The notes under the pieces were generated by a model. It was given only the letters and a program-made list of their open reading frames with translations. It had not been told where the DNA came from and ran no database searches. A program made the position numbers and the translations under genes. A stretch of 64,000 bases of DNA from the NCBI GenBank assembly GCA_945862145.1, contig CAMAXE010000001.1, positions 388,295-452,294 on the forward strand, in the 5' to 3' direction. Positions 26,138-37,524 of this stretch are shown in pieces. The DNA is from Klebsiella pneumoniae. Lineage in GTDB: Bacteria > Pseudomonadota > Gammaproteobacteria > Pseudomonadales > UBA5518. Numbering within the stretch: the first letter of the stretch is position 1; each line of letters begins with the position of its first letter.

Positions 26138-28360
26138 CTAATGGGGCCTACGCCAAGGGCCCATGTTTTTTATGGCTCCTCCCACATGTATCGGTCGCGG
26201 CAGTCGGTACGCTTCAGGGAAATCCTTGGACCCGTGAACACGATAGTGGCTGTCGTGAATGAGGACGTGGTCTTTTATGAGAGGCCACACGAACTGCATC
26301 AAAAATGCCTGATCACCAAAGCGGTTTCTTGAATAGACATCCTCTCTCAGGATGGCTTCGCGCACATTGGGCAGGACCCCTGCTACGCCACCCCACATTC
26401 CCGCCAGAATGAGCTCCATATGGTAGATGTGATCACGCATGACGTGGAAAGCCTTGCCCGATCGAATCCACTCCTCTACGGCAAGCAGTTCTTGGGCATT
26501 CACGCGGGAATCCGTATCCCGACACACGAACCAGTCGACCTCAGGATCGTCCGACACAAGGAATCGCCATAGGTGGCGCACGGGAAGAAGCCGCGGATCA
26601 TCAACCATAACAACCTGCGCACCGTTGTACCTCAGCTCCTCCAGTGCATCTGCGGGGACCGACGAGTCACAATAAAAACGCGTTGTCCACCCGTAATACA
26701 TATTCGCGGCGAGCCGAGCATTGACGATGGCGCCATGAACATAGACCGGATCCTGCCCCCAGAGGCTGAAGGAGATGATGTTGCGAGCGGGCTGGAGGTA
26801 GTCGAATGCTCGCGGCTGCGGATCGGGAACCCTCAAGGTGCAGGATGACTTCGCGAAGGCATCACAGGCTATTTTGTCCTTGTGAGCCAATAGGCGGACT
26901 CCCTCTTCGATCGCGAGATCTCTAGTCCCGGATTCCTCCAGAGCAATAACCAACAGGTTATGGGTGGGAATGTCCTCACAGATAGCTAACGAAGCTCGCA
27001 GCGCTTCTATGGCTTCCCTGAAACGACCCAATTCTTTCAGCAGGACGCCGTATAGGCTCCAACCATTGGCAAAGTTGGGCCATGCATCAAGGAGGCGCTG
27101 ATATGCGGCAATTGCAGCGTCGGGTTGATTGGCCTCTTTCAGGGCGACCGCGGCCATGAACACCCCGTCTTGCCGCAGTGGATCCGAGGCCTCGGCCTTC
27201 AGGTATGCATCCGCTGCGCCGGTGAAGTCCTTTAGTGCCCGAAGCGACTGCCCCAACAGATACCATGATTCAAATCCCTGCTGCCCCGCTGCTATTGCCG
27301 TCCTCAGGACCTCTGATGCGCCATGCCAGTCACGGTCGTTACTCCTTTGACGGGCAAGCTGGAGCAGATCGGGAGAAGACGTCAGAGTCGCGTCGACGGC
27401 ATTGTCCGATGGACCTTTCGCGGCCGCTCTTGCTGTGTCTTCAGCGGGAGTCGCCGTCACTGCTGCGGGTACGTCGATCTCGCGGGTGTAACCCAGTTTG
27501 GCGAGGAGATCGCCTGCCTCCGCGTCAAACATGGCACGCGTGTCGGCATCAAAATGATTACGCCAGTCACCGACGATGCCCTTGCGAAAATGGGACTCCA
27601 GACTCTCCTGCCCTCGCTCGCGTCCGCCTGCCAGCGCGCCGAAATTACAGGCAGCCAGACAGTCCTCCACGATATCAATGGAGGAATCCAGACCGAGAAA
27701 ATCAAACACTCGCACCAGTTCAGGTGCAGGGTTCTGGTGGAGATCCTCGTAGCGCAAATGAACGCAAGCCCCGGGATTGCCGGCTGAAAAAGCCATTGCC
27801 CGTTCATAATCCTGCCGCCAAATACTGGCGATGCGCTTGGCATAAGCTGGAAGTGGCTCGGCTTTCTCTGCGCCGTACTGGCGCTTCAGGTGGTACCAGC
27901 CCGACACCGCAATGTCCCGTCCATCGCGACAGATGAACACAAACCTGGCATTTGGAAACAACGTCCTCAGACGCTGGAGCGTACGCAAATGCCCCGGCGT
28001 CTTCTCACCAACGGCCAGCAAGCTGGCATCGTCACCGTACTCGCTAAGAAGCAACATTGCGGCGAAGGCCTGAATAGCCCTGATCGATTCTTCCCGAAAC
28101 GGGGGAAAATGCTCGATCTCGCTGAAAACGTTCTGGTTCAACCCGGATACGAATGCGGAGTAGTCATCGAGCGCCCGACGCAGTTCGGGCCAGAGCTTGG
28201 TCGCGATCTGACCCTCCCCGCGGCAACGGGCTTGAGGGTGATGGTCAAGCAACATCTGCAGCCAAGTGGTCCCGGACTTCTCAGTGCCGGCGACAAAAAA
28301 AATGGTCTTGCCGTCGACCCGGCGGATCTTGTCGAGATACGTTTGGAGCGATGAATTCAT
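26138..28360 (-). CDS. three-module protein: PAPS-dependent sulfotransferase domain + TPR repeats + C-terminal DxD-motif (glycosyltransferase-like) domain
   Basis: 740-aa ORF with no signal peptide. The 5'-PSB loop EKSGTTW (res 27-33) and the 3'-PB motif RDGRDIAVS (res 145-153) are present. TPR-like helical repeats occupy about res 330-500. The C-terminal domain carries DWFVCRDTDSR (D615/D617 = nt 26510-26518) and ILAGMWGG. Confidence 0.85.
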   Translation of the reverse strand: MNSSLQTYLDKIRRVDGKTIFFVAGTEKSGTTWLQMLLDHHPQARCRGEGQIATKLWPELRRALDDYSAFVSGLNQNVFSEIEHFPPFREESIRAIQAFAAMLLLSEYGDDASLLAVGEKTPGHLRTLQRLRTLFPNARFVFICRDGRDIAVSGWYHLKRQYGAEKAEPLPAYAKRIASIWRQDYERAMAFSAGNPGACVHLRYEDLHQNPAPELVRVFDFLGLDSSIDIVEDCLAACNFGALAGGRERGQESLESHFRKGIVGDWRNHFDADTRAMFDAEAGDLLAKLGYTREIDVPAAVTATPAEDTARAAAKGPSDNAVDATLTSSPDLLQLARQRSNDRDWHGASEVLRTAIAAGQQGFESWYLLGQSLRALKDFTGAADAYLKAEASDPLRQDGVFMAAVALKEANQPDAAIAAYQRLLDAWPNFANGWSLYGVLLKELGRFREAIEALRASLAICEDIPTHNLLVIALEESGTRDLAIEEGVRLLAHKDKIACDAFAKSSCTLRVPDPQPRAFDYLQPARNIISFSLWGQDPVYVHGAIVNARLAANMYYGWTTRFYCDSSVPADALEELRYNGAQVVMVDDPRLLPVRHLWRFLVSDDPEVDWFVCRDTDSRVNAQELLAVEEWIRSGKAFHVMRDHIYHMELILAGMWGGVAGVLPNVREAILREDVYSRNRFGDQAFLMQFVWPLIKDHVLIHDSHYRVHGSKDFPEAYRLPRPIHVGGAIKNMGPWRRPH

Positions 28361-28508
28361 TGAGCTCCGCTCAAAGGCTGCAGCAAGGAGCGACGATGAT
28401 ACCTTCCTTACTGAGGGATTGATCGTCCTTCAGTACAGTACATCGCGCGCCGAAGCCCAACTAGACTTCGCCTGAGCCAAATATCCGCCACAGCCGCGGC
28501 AGAGGGTT
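28361..28508. promoter_or_regulatory. shared divergent promoter region (modifying-enzyme gene / adhesin gene)
   Basis: 148-bp gap between two divergent start codons, relatively AT-rich for this window (for example CTTCCTTACTGAGGGATTGATCGTCCTTCAGTACAGTACATC). I could not confidently assign a specific -35/-10 pair. Confidence 0.4.
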
Positions 28509-31145
<2,637 letters not shown>

Positions 31146-31151
31146 ACCTCG

Positions 31152-31180
31152 CCCCCGCCCCGCTCTTGCGGGTGCGGGGG
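31152..31180 (+). terminator. GC-rich hairpin after the adhesin gene (candidate terminator)
   Basis: CCCCCGCCCCGC-TCTT-GCGGGTGCGGGGG forms 12 bp with one bulged T, starting 7 nt after the TAA stop. It is followed by ACTTGCTTCC, so there is no strong U-tract. Confidence 0.5.
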
Positions 31181-31204
31181 ACTTGCTTCCATCGGAGTCT
31201 GCTG

Positions 31205-31534
31205 ATGAGCCGTTACGTGAAGCGCGATGCACAGGGCCTGGTCATCGCCGTCAGCGTGGAACCGCTTGAGGGATTCGAACCGGCGCAGGGTTCCGGCTCG
31301 CAACTCGCCGATGAGATGGAAGCGCGCAGGGGGCAACCCCAGAACCGCCTCGAGGAGTCCGACCGCGACGTGGTACGAGTTCTCGATGACCTGATCAACC
31401 TGCTGGTCGAAACCAACGCGATCCGATTCACGGATCTGCCTGAGCCCGCTCAACGCAAATTGATGGAGCGCAAAGGCCTGCGCCGCACCGGAACCCACCT
31501 CGGACTGCTGGGCGATGAGTCCTCGCTGATCTGA
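31205..31534 (+). CDS. small acidic hypothetical protein (109 aa)
   Basis: The ATG at 31205 (MSRYVKRDAQGLVIAV...) is chosen because the longer TTG start at 31166 lies inside the terminator hairpin. Codon usage is coding-like. I cannot name a recognisable family. Confidence 0.5.
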   Translation: MSRYVKRDAQGLVIAVSVEPLEGFEPAQGSGSQLADEMEARRGQPQNRLEESDRDVVRVLDDLINLLVETNAIRFTDLPEPAQRKLMERKGLRRTGTHLGLLGDESSLI

Positions 31535-31561
31535 AGCTCTAAGCCCCTGCCTCTCGCACCC

Positions 31562-33505
31562 TCAGCCTGTCTGCTCCGGTCGTTGGGTAACCGCCGGACC
31601 GGTAACGCCGTCAAAGCCGAGTTCCAACAGCGCCGCGATTTCCGCCTCGGAACGCGCGCCCTCGCCAATGGCGCTCAAGCCGATCGAATGGGCAATGATC
31701 GCAAGCCCGCGCAGGAAGACCTGGTTTGAGGGATTCTGCTCGAGGTCGTGTACGAAGGAGGCATCGATCTTCATGTAGTCGAGCCCGAGATCGTGGAGTT
31801 GCCCGATTCGCGAGACCTGATGCCCTACGTGCTCGATGCCCAGCTTGCAACCTGCCGGTTTCAACAGCGCGCAGAGGATGCGGAATTGCTCGAGATTCTG
31901 GAATACGCCGTGCTCCGGAACCTCCATCCACAAACGCTGCGAGAGCTGCGGCTCGGCCGCGAGGCGCAGTGCGATTCGGTGCAGCAGCATAGGGTCGTTC
32001 ATGGCTTGAGCGGAGAGGTTCACACAAAGCGCATCCGCGCCATGGCGCATACGCTCCAACGCAAGGTCAATGACGATTTCGTCGAGTCGCGGACCATAAC
32101 CCAGTCGCGAAACCCATGGCATGAACTCCCCCGCTGCGAGCCAGTCTCCATCCGGGCGCAGCCGCAGCCGTGCAACGCATTCCGCATGCAGAACGGCGCC
32201 CTTGGCATCGATGACCGGATAGCTCTGGAGCTTGACCCATCCTGACGCCAATGCCTCATCGAGTTGCCGGCCCCACGTCGCGAGGTCGGCCGCCTTCAAT
32301 GCCCCGAGCACTCCGGACTGGTCGCCCGTTGCTACCTGGACAGGATCAGCATTCTCGGCGCATGCCGACGCCAGAGCGGCATCAACGCGCGCCAGCACGG
32401 CGCCTAATTTTTCATCGAAGCGGTAGGCCGTCGCCGCGGTCGGCATCCGGCATACCTCATCGAGATTCAATTCACGCGTCAGCATGAGCATGGCATCGTG
32501 TACGCTCCGGGCCAGAGCCAGCGCATCGTCGCCAGCAGGCACCAATACAGCAAAGTCAGAGCCGTTCAGTCTGCCGAGGACCCATTCAGACCCCTCCGGC
32601 GACATCGCACGCAGGGCCTCGGCGAAGCGCTTGATGAAGGTATCGATCACCGCCCACCCTTGCGTGCGGTTAAGTTCGTTCAGATCCAGCAGCCGGGCGA
32701 TCACCACGACACCGTGCGCGCTCTCGTCGTCACGCTCCAGAAGGGCTTGGAGGCGTGCGATGAAGTGGCTGCGATTCAGCAGCCCCGACACGCGATCGTA
32801 GTGCGCCTCCCGGCGTAGCATATCCAGCCGCAGCGACTCCTCCTCCAACATATGGCGCACACGCTTGGCCAGCGTGTTCATGGATCGCACCACCGCCTGG
32901 AACTCACGGGTGCCCGGCTCTCGCGTGGTGATGAATCGCCGCGCACCGATCGCCTCGGCCTGCGTCACCACGTCATCGAGGGGGCGCAGGATCACCCGCA
33001 GCAACAACGTCCCCGCAAGCCCCGCCAGCAACGAGACGCCGAGGAACCAGCCCAACAGACGGATGCTGCCGGCCCACAGCGAGGTGTAGGCAAAGCGCGT
33101 GTGGCTGGCGAGTTCGAGGGTGCCGTATTGTTTCCACCCGTCCTGAACCTGCGCGACGCCCGGCGCAACGTCTATGCGCAGCATGCGGCGAAACCAGTCG
33201 GGAGCACCGAGTTCCCGGTTGTCGCTTCTCTGCTCCGCGATCACGGCGCCGCGCGGATCGCTAAGTCGGATGTACTCGTAATTCCCCAGATCGAACTGCG
33301 AGGACACCAGCAAACCGACCTCAACGGGATCCTTGGACATCTGCCCGAGTACGGAGGCGAGCGAGTTAGCGTTGTCGAGGTTCTTCAGGGCAAGCTGTTC
33401 CTCGAGGTAGTTCTTAGCCGAGAGGCTGCTGACCAGAAAGCTACCGCCAAAACCGATCACCATCAGAAGCGCGATCGCCAGCCACAGTTGCCGTATCAGT
33501 GACAT
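31562..33505 (-). CDS. lapD: LapD-type inner-membrane c-di-GMP receptor (LapD_MoxY_N periplasmic domain, HAMP, degenerate GGDEF and EAL)
   Basis: The ATG at 33505 gives MSLIRQLWLAIALLMVIGFGGSFLVSSLSAKNYLEEQLALKNLDNANSLA, the typical LapD N-terminus. The periplasmic loop reads QVQDGWKQYG. The GGDEF position reads RLNGSDF (degenerate) and the EAL position reads ECV (degenerate). Confidence 0.9.
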   Translation of the reverse strand: MSLIRQLWLAIALLMVIGFGGSFLVSSLSAKNYLEEQLALKNLDNANSLASVLGQMSKDPVEVGLLVSSQFDLGNYEYIRLSDPRGAVIAEQRSDNRELGAPDWFRRMLRIDVAPGVAQVQDGWKQYGTLELASHTRFAYTSLWAGSIRLLGWFLGVSLLAGLAGTLLLRVILRPLDDVVTQAEAIGARRFITTREPGTREFQAVVRSMNTLAKRVRHMLEEESLRLDMLRREAHYDRVSGLLNRSHFIARLQALLERDDESAHGVVVIARLLDLNELNRTQGWAVIDTFIKRFAEALRAMSPEGSEWVLGRLNGSDFAVLVPAGDDALALARSVHDAMLMLTRELNLDEVCRMPTAATAYRFDEKLGAVLARVDAALASACAENADPVQVATGDQSGVLGALKAADLATWGRQLDEALASGWVKLQSYPVIDAKGAVLHAECVARLRLRPDGDWLAAGEFMPWVSRLGYGPRLDEIVIDLALERMRHGADALCVNLSAQAMNDPMLLHRIALRLAAEPQLSQRLWMEVPEHGVFQNLEQFRILCALLKPAGCKLGIEHVGHQVSRIGQLHDLGLDYMKIDASFVHDLEQNPSNQVFLRGLAIIAHSIGLSAIGEGARSEAEIAALLELGFDGVTGPAVTQRPEQTG

Positions 33506-33543
33506 CCCGTCGTCCTCCGTTAGGATCAGGCTTGTGCCGTGCA

Positions 33544-34254
33544 TCAGTTTAGGCCGTCCGCGGACATACGGCTAAGTAGATCGCGCCAGCGCGAAAGTCG
33601 CGCCGTGGGGGCTGCAACGGAAGGCCCCCGATTACCGGCAACCCACAACCCCTCGCTGTTAAAGCCGAACACCGGGCGAAGATCAGGGCGGCGCGATGCC
33701 GGCCGAAGCGCGCTCACGAGGTTGTCCAGCACCAAGGGTTCAGCGTCCGGGGTCGCGTAGTAGGCAAGCACCATATGGGCCTGACTGATGCCGCTGCCGG
33801 CCCTGCCAAGTTCTGCCCGCACATAGGTAATACGAAGCCGCTCGATCGGCACACCCAGCATGCCGAGCGAGACGTACTTGCCTATGCTGTAATCCTCGCA
33901 GTCGCCTTCACCGCGCCCCAGCGTCTCCAGCGGGGTTGCCCAGTAATCGGGCAGATTCCAGACGACCTGATCGTCTTCAAACGCCACGCGGCTATTAAAA
34001 AACGCATTTACGAGTTGGAGTTTTTCGGGTTCGGACAGCGACTTGCCGGTCTCGAGCATGCTGCGCCAGGCACGGAGGGTTTCTTCGCCCTGTGCGCCGT
34101 AGCGCTCCTGCGCAAGGCGCACGATGTGATCGAAGTCCGGAGCAGCCGCCGCCGCGACGACGAACACCAGCCCCACGCAGGTTGCAGAGACGAATGCCTT
34201 CACACGGAGCACCCGTGGAAGCACCCATGCTGCAAAGCGACGGGAATGGGCCAT
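33544..34254 (-). CDS. lapG: LapG-type periplasmic transglutaminase-like cysteine protease (BTLCP/DUF920)
   Basis: The ATG at 34254 gives a signal peptide (MAHSRRFAAWVLPRVLRVKAFVSATCVGLVFVVAAAAAP). GEGDCEDYSIGKY carries the catalytic Cys, and downstream HMVLAYY...VLDNL supplies the His/Asp context typical of LapG. Confidence 0.9.
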   Translation of the reverse strand: MAHSRRFAAWVLPRVLRVKAFVSATCVGLVFVVAAAAAPDFDHIVRLAQERYGAQGEETLRAWRSMLETGKSLSEPEKLQLVNAFFNSRVAFEDDQVVWNLPDYWATPLETLGRGEGDCEDYSIGKYVSLGMLGVPIERLRITYVRAELGRAGSGISQAHMVLAYYATPDAEPLVLDNLVSALRPASRRPDLRPVFGFNSEGLWVAGNRGPSVAAPTARLSRWRDLLSRMSADGLN

Positions 34255-34394
34255 ACTCAATATGATGATTCGCGTGTACGGCTTCGTTGCATGCGTCGGG
34301 ACCGGCTGGCTAACACCCTGAGGGGAATATATAGTTGCTGGATCTCGACGACGTGTCGGAGAACTTGTTGGCAAGTATCGGGGACCGTTTGCTG

Positions 34395-35963
34395 ATGATC
34401 AAGAAAACCCTGTGCAAGGCCAGTGCGGCTCTGGTGGTCTGTGCGGTGGCGCAGGCTGCTCCTGTGCCGGGCGTCCAAGGCACTTTGAAGGATGCTGCGC
34501 GCCAAGCCGTGATGGAGAATCCCGAGGTCCTGGGCGCATGGCATGAGTACGAGGCCGCCACGGAGCAAACGCAAGTCGCAAAGGGTGGTTATCTGCCAAC
34601 GGTGGATCTCGAGGCAGGCATCGGCGAAGAGCGCATCGATGACCCCCGCTTTGCCCAGAACACATTTAACCGTGACCGCGTCTCGGTCTCGCTTAGTCAG
34701 ATGCTGTTTGACGGGTTTCGCACCCGCAACGAAGTTCGCCGCCTTAACCATGCTGCCCGCACCCGCTACTACGAAGTGCTGGAGGCATCCGAGCAGGCGG
34801 CTGCCGAAACCGCCCGCGCCTACATTGATGTCCTGCGCCATCGCGGCTTGGTCGAGCTATCCGAGGAAAACTACGCAACCCACCGCCTGATCTACGACCA
34901 GATCGAGCGCCGGGTCCGGGCCGGGGTCAGCCGCCGTGTGGATCTTGAGCAGGCCTCCGGGCGTCTCGCACTCTCGGAGTCTAACCTGCTTACCGACGTG
35001 ACCAATCTGCATGACGTCAGCATGCGCTACCAGCGCGTGGTTGGGGAAATACCCGCAACCGGTCTGGAAGAGCCGAAAATCGCTGCGGGCTTGGTGCCCG
35101 GGAACATCAAGGACACCCTGCTCGCCGCCTACACAAACAGCCCCCTCATGAACGCGGCAATCGCAAACATGTGGTCGGCCGAAGCGGCAACCGACGTTGC
35201 CAAGGCGGCTTTCGTGCCGCGCTTTGATTTCCAGGCACGCCAGGACGTCTGGCACGACAGATACGATCTCGACGGCCGCTACGAGGAAGGCGTGATCGAA
35301 CTCGTGATGCGCTACAACCTGTTCAATGGCGGCTCCGACTCCGCCGAGAAACGTCGTCTGATCGAGAAGACCTACCAGTCCCTCGATATCCGCGACAAGA
35401 CCTGCCGGGACATCCGCCAGGAGGTGAGCATCGCGTGGAACAACACGCGACGCCTCGAGGAGCAGAAAAGCTATCTTGACCGCCATCAACTCGCCATCGA
35501 AAAGGCGCGCGAGGCCTACAAACGCCAGTTCGATATTGGCCAGCGTACCCTGCTCGATATTCTCGACACCGAGAACGAGTACTACGAGGCGCGGCGCGCG
35601 TACCTGGACGCCGACCGCGACCACACCATCTCCTACGCCAGGACCCTGGCGGGGAGCGGCAAGCTGGTTGCCGCCCTTGAGCTCGGCCCAGAACTGCACG
35701 TCATGGAACTGCCACCCGGCTACGACAAGCAGAATCCGGATATGTACGCGGTCTGCCCTCAAGAGAGCGACGCGGCGATGTCGATCGACAAGGAAAAGGT
35801 GTTCCGGGACGCGATGCAGAAGCGCGGCTATATGCAGGCCCCGACGCCGGGTCCTGCAGGACCGGAGCCGTACATGAAAGGCGGCCCGGCGCCGGACGCT
35901 ATCGGCACGCCAAAGACGGAAACACCGGCAACCGAAGAGCCGCCTGTTCCCCCCAAGTGGTGA
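34395..35963 (+). CDS. lapE: TolC-family type I secretion outer-membrane protein
   Basis: The ATG at 34395 gives a signal peptide (MIKKTLCKASAALVVCAVAQA). Two TolC repeat halves are present (GGYLPTVDLEAGIG..., PRFDFQARQD...), and there is a Pro-rich C-terminal tail. The gene is divergent from lapG. Confidence 0.9.
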   Translation: MIKKTLCKASAALVVCAVAQAAPVPGVQGTLKDAARQAVMENPEVLGAWHEYEAATEQTQVAKGGYLPTVDLEAGIGEERIDDPRFAQNTFNRDRVSVSLSQMLFDGFRTRNEVRRLNHAARTRYYEVLEASEQAAAETARAYIDVLRHRGLVELSEENYATHRLIYDQIERRVRAGVSRRVDLEQASGRLALSESNLLTDVTNLHDVSMRYQRVVGEIPATGLEEPKIAAGLVPGNIKDTLLAAYTNSPLMNAAIANMWSAEAATDVAKAAFVPRFDFQARQDVWHDRYDLDGRYEEGVIELVMRYNLFNGGSDSAEKRRLIEKTYQSLDIRDKTCRDIRQEVSIAWNNTRRLEEQKSYLDRHQLAIEKAREAYKRQFDIGQRTLLDILDTENEYYEARRAYLDADRDHTISYARTLAGSGKLVAALELGPELHVMELPPGYDKQNPDMYAVCPQESDAAMSIDKEKVFRDAMQKRGYMQAPTPGPAGPEPYMKGGPAPDAIGTPKTETPATEEPPVPPKW

Positions 35964-35988
35964 AGCCGGCGCCGTCTACCTCAAACGA

Positions 35989-36972
35989 TCAGGGAATCAG
36001 CACTATCTTGCCGATGTGAGTGCTGGACTCCATCAGGCGATGGGCCTCGGCGGCATCTGCCAGCTTGAAGCGCTTGGCGAGCACTACCTTCACCCGGCCT
36101 GCCTCTATCAGCGGCCATACGTTCTGCTCCACCGCGGTGGCCAGCGCCGCCTTGAAACTCTCCGGCCGCGCCCGTAGCGTCGAGCCGGTAAGCGTAAGAC
36201 GCTTCAGCATCAACGGCATCAGATTCAGTGACACTGCGGAGCCCTGCAGGAAGGCGATCTGCACGATCCTGCCATCCTCAGCCGCACACTGGATGTTTCT
36301 CTGGATGTAATCGCCGCCAACCATGTCGAGGATCAGGTCGGAGCCGCGTCCAGCGCTGAAGTCGCGCACGGCCGCCACAAAGTCTGCGTCCCGGTAGTTC
36401 ACGCAGACCTCTGCACCCAGCGCTACACAGGCTTCGCATTTCTCCGCGCTTCCCGCCGTGGCGATGACGCGCGCACCCAGCGCCCTTCCCAGCTGAATGG
36501 CCAATGTGCCAATGCCGCTACTTCCACCGTGGACCAGCATCACCTCGCCGGCCGTGAGTCCACCGCGCTGAAACACGTTGCTCCAGACCGTAAAGGCCGT
36601 CTCAGGCAGCGCCGCCGCCTCCTCGATGGAGAGACCACGCGGCACCGGCAGGGCTTGTCGCGCGGGCACATTCACGTATTCCGCATAGCCACCACCGGAG
36701 ACCAGCGCACAGACCTGATCACCCAGGTGCCAGCGCGCAACGCCCTCGCACATCGCCACGATCTCACCGGCCACTTCGAGCCCGGGGATCGCAGAGGCGC
36801 CGGGAGGTGGTGCGTAAAAGCCCTGACGCTGGACTACATCAGGCCGGTTGACCCCGGCGGCACGCACGCGAATCAGCAATTCGCCGGGGCCTGCGACCGG
36901 CGCGGGCCCGCGCGTCTCGCGCAGGACCTCAGGGCCACCGTAGGTACTGATTTCGACGTGGCGCATATCCAT
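35989..36972 (-). CDS. qor: NAD(P)H:quinone oxidoreductase (medium-chain dehydrogenase/reductase, PIG3/Qor type)
   Basis: 327-aa ORF. GELLIRVRAAGVNRPD, GLEVAGEIVA and the nucleotide-binding VMLVHGGSSGIGTLAIQL are typical of zeta-crystallin-like quinone reductases. Confidence 0.85.
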   Translation of the reverse strand: MDMRHVEISTYGGPEVLRETRGPAPVAGPGELLIRVRAAGVNRPDVVQRQGFYAPPPGASAIPGLEVAGEIVAMCEGVARWHLGDQVCALVSGGGYAEYVNVPARQALPVPRGLSIEEAAALPETAFTVWSNVFQRGGLTAGEVMLVHGGSSGIGTLAIQLGRALGARVIATAGSAEKCEACVALGAEVCVNYRDADFVAAVRDFSAGRGSDLILDMVGGDYIQRNIQCAAEDGRIVQIAFLQGSAVSLNLMPLMLKRLTLTGSTLRARPESFKAALATAVEQNVWPLIEAGRVKVVLAKRFKLADAAEAHRLMESSTHIGKIVLIP

Positions 36973-37499
36973 CAGCGTGCTCCCGCCCGCGCCCGGTACA
37001 CGGCCTTGGCGGGCCGACCGCGACGCTCCAGGATGCAGGCCAGCACCGGATCAGCAATCTCCTCGGCACTGGACATTGATTGCGAGAAAACGAGATCCGG
37101 CACCTGATCGATGAAGTCCATGATGAATCCCGTGTCGATGGGGCCGGGCGACACCACCGAGGCGGTGATATCGCTGCCGGCACGTTCCTCGGCTGGTGCA
37201 AGCGTGAAACCAACGCCGGCGGAATCACCGGTCATGAGTGCTGTGTGTCCGGCAATCGCACGCATGTGTTCTGGCTCCCTGAAGGACCTGACGATTGTGG
37301 CACACCCGAACGGTTTCTCTGGTGTTGCAGCGCTCGGAGCGCGACACGCGCATGAACACCCCAGCGGGGGCTTACTCGGGACCGCGTTGCCCCAAACCCC
37401 GCGCCTCAGGTAGCCTTGCCACGCCGCATGTGGACAACGGTGTCGATCTACGCCTCGCGCGCCTGCGCGCAGGGCGCAGGTAGCCACTGCAGTAGTCAA
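36972..37499 (-). pseudogene. possible decayed short-chain dehydrogenase/reductase remnant
   Basis: Only the C-terminal about 90 codons look SDR-like (ITASVVSPGPIDTGFI...SAEEIADPVLACILE), and the stop overlaps the qor start (ATGA). The N-terminal half is Arg/Cys/Trp-rich and not protein-like. No Rossmann TGxxxGxG or YxxxK motif is found, and the room before the next gene is too small for a full SDR. Confidence 0.3.
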
Positions 37500-37524
37500 A
37501 CTACGGGCGCCACGGGAGCAAAAA

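Noticed and set aside
31271-31281. GGATTCGAACC is the exact reverse complement of the tRNA T-loop consensus GGTTCGAATCC, hinting at a minus-strand tRNA gene.
   Set aside because: The flanking bases cannot form a T-stem (GCCGG versus CCCTC do not pair), I could not draw an acceptor or anticodon arm, and the sequence lies in a coding-like ORF (…EGFEP…).
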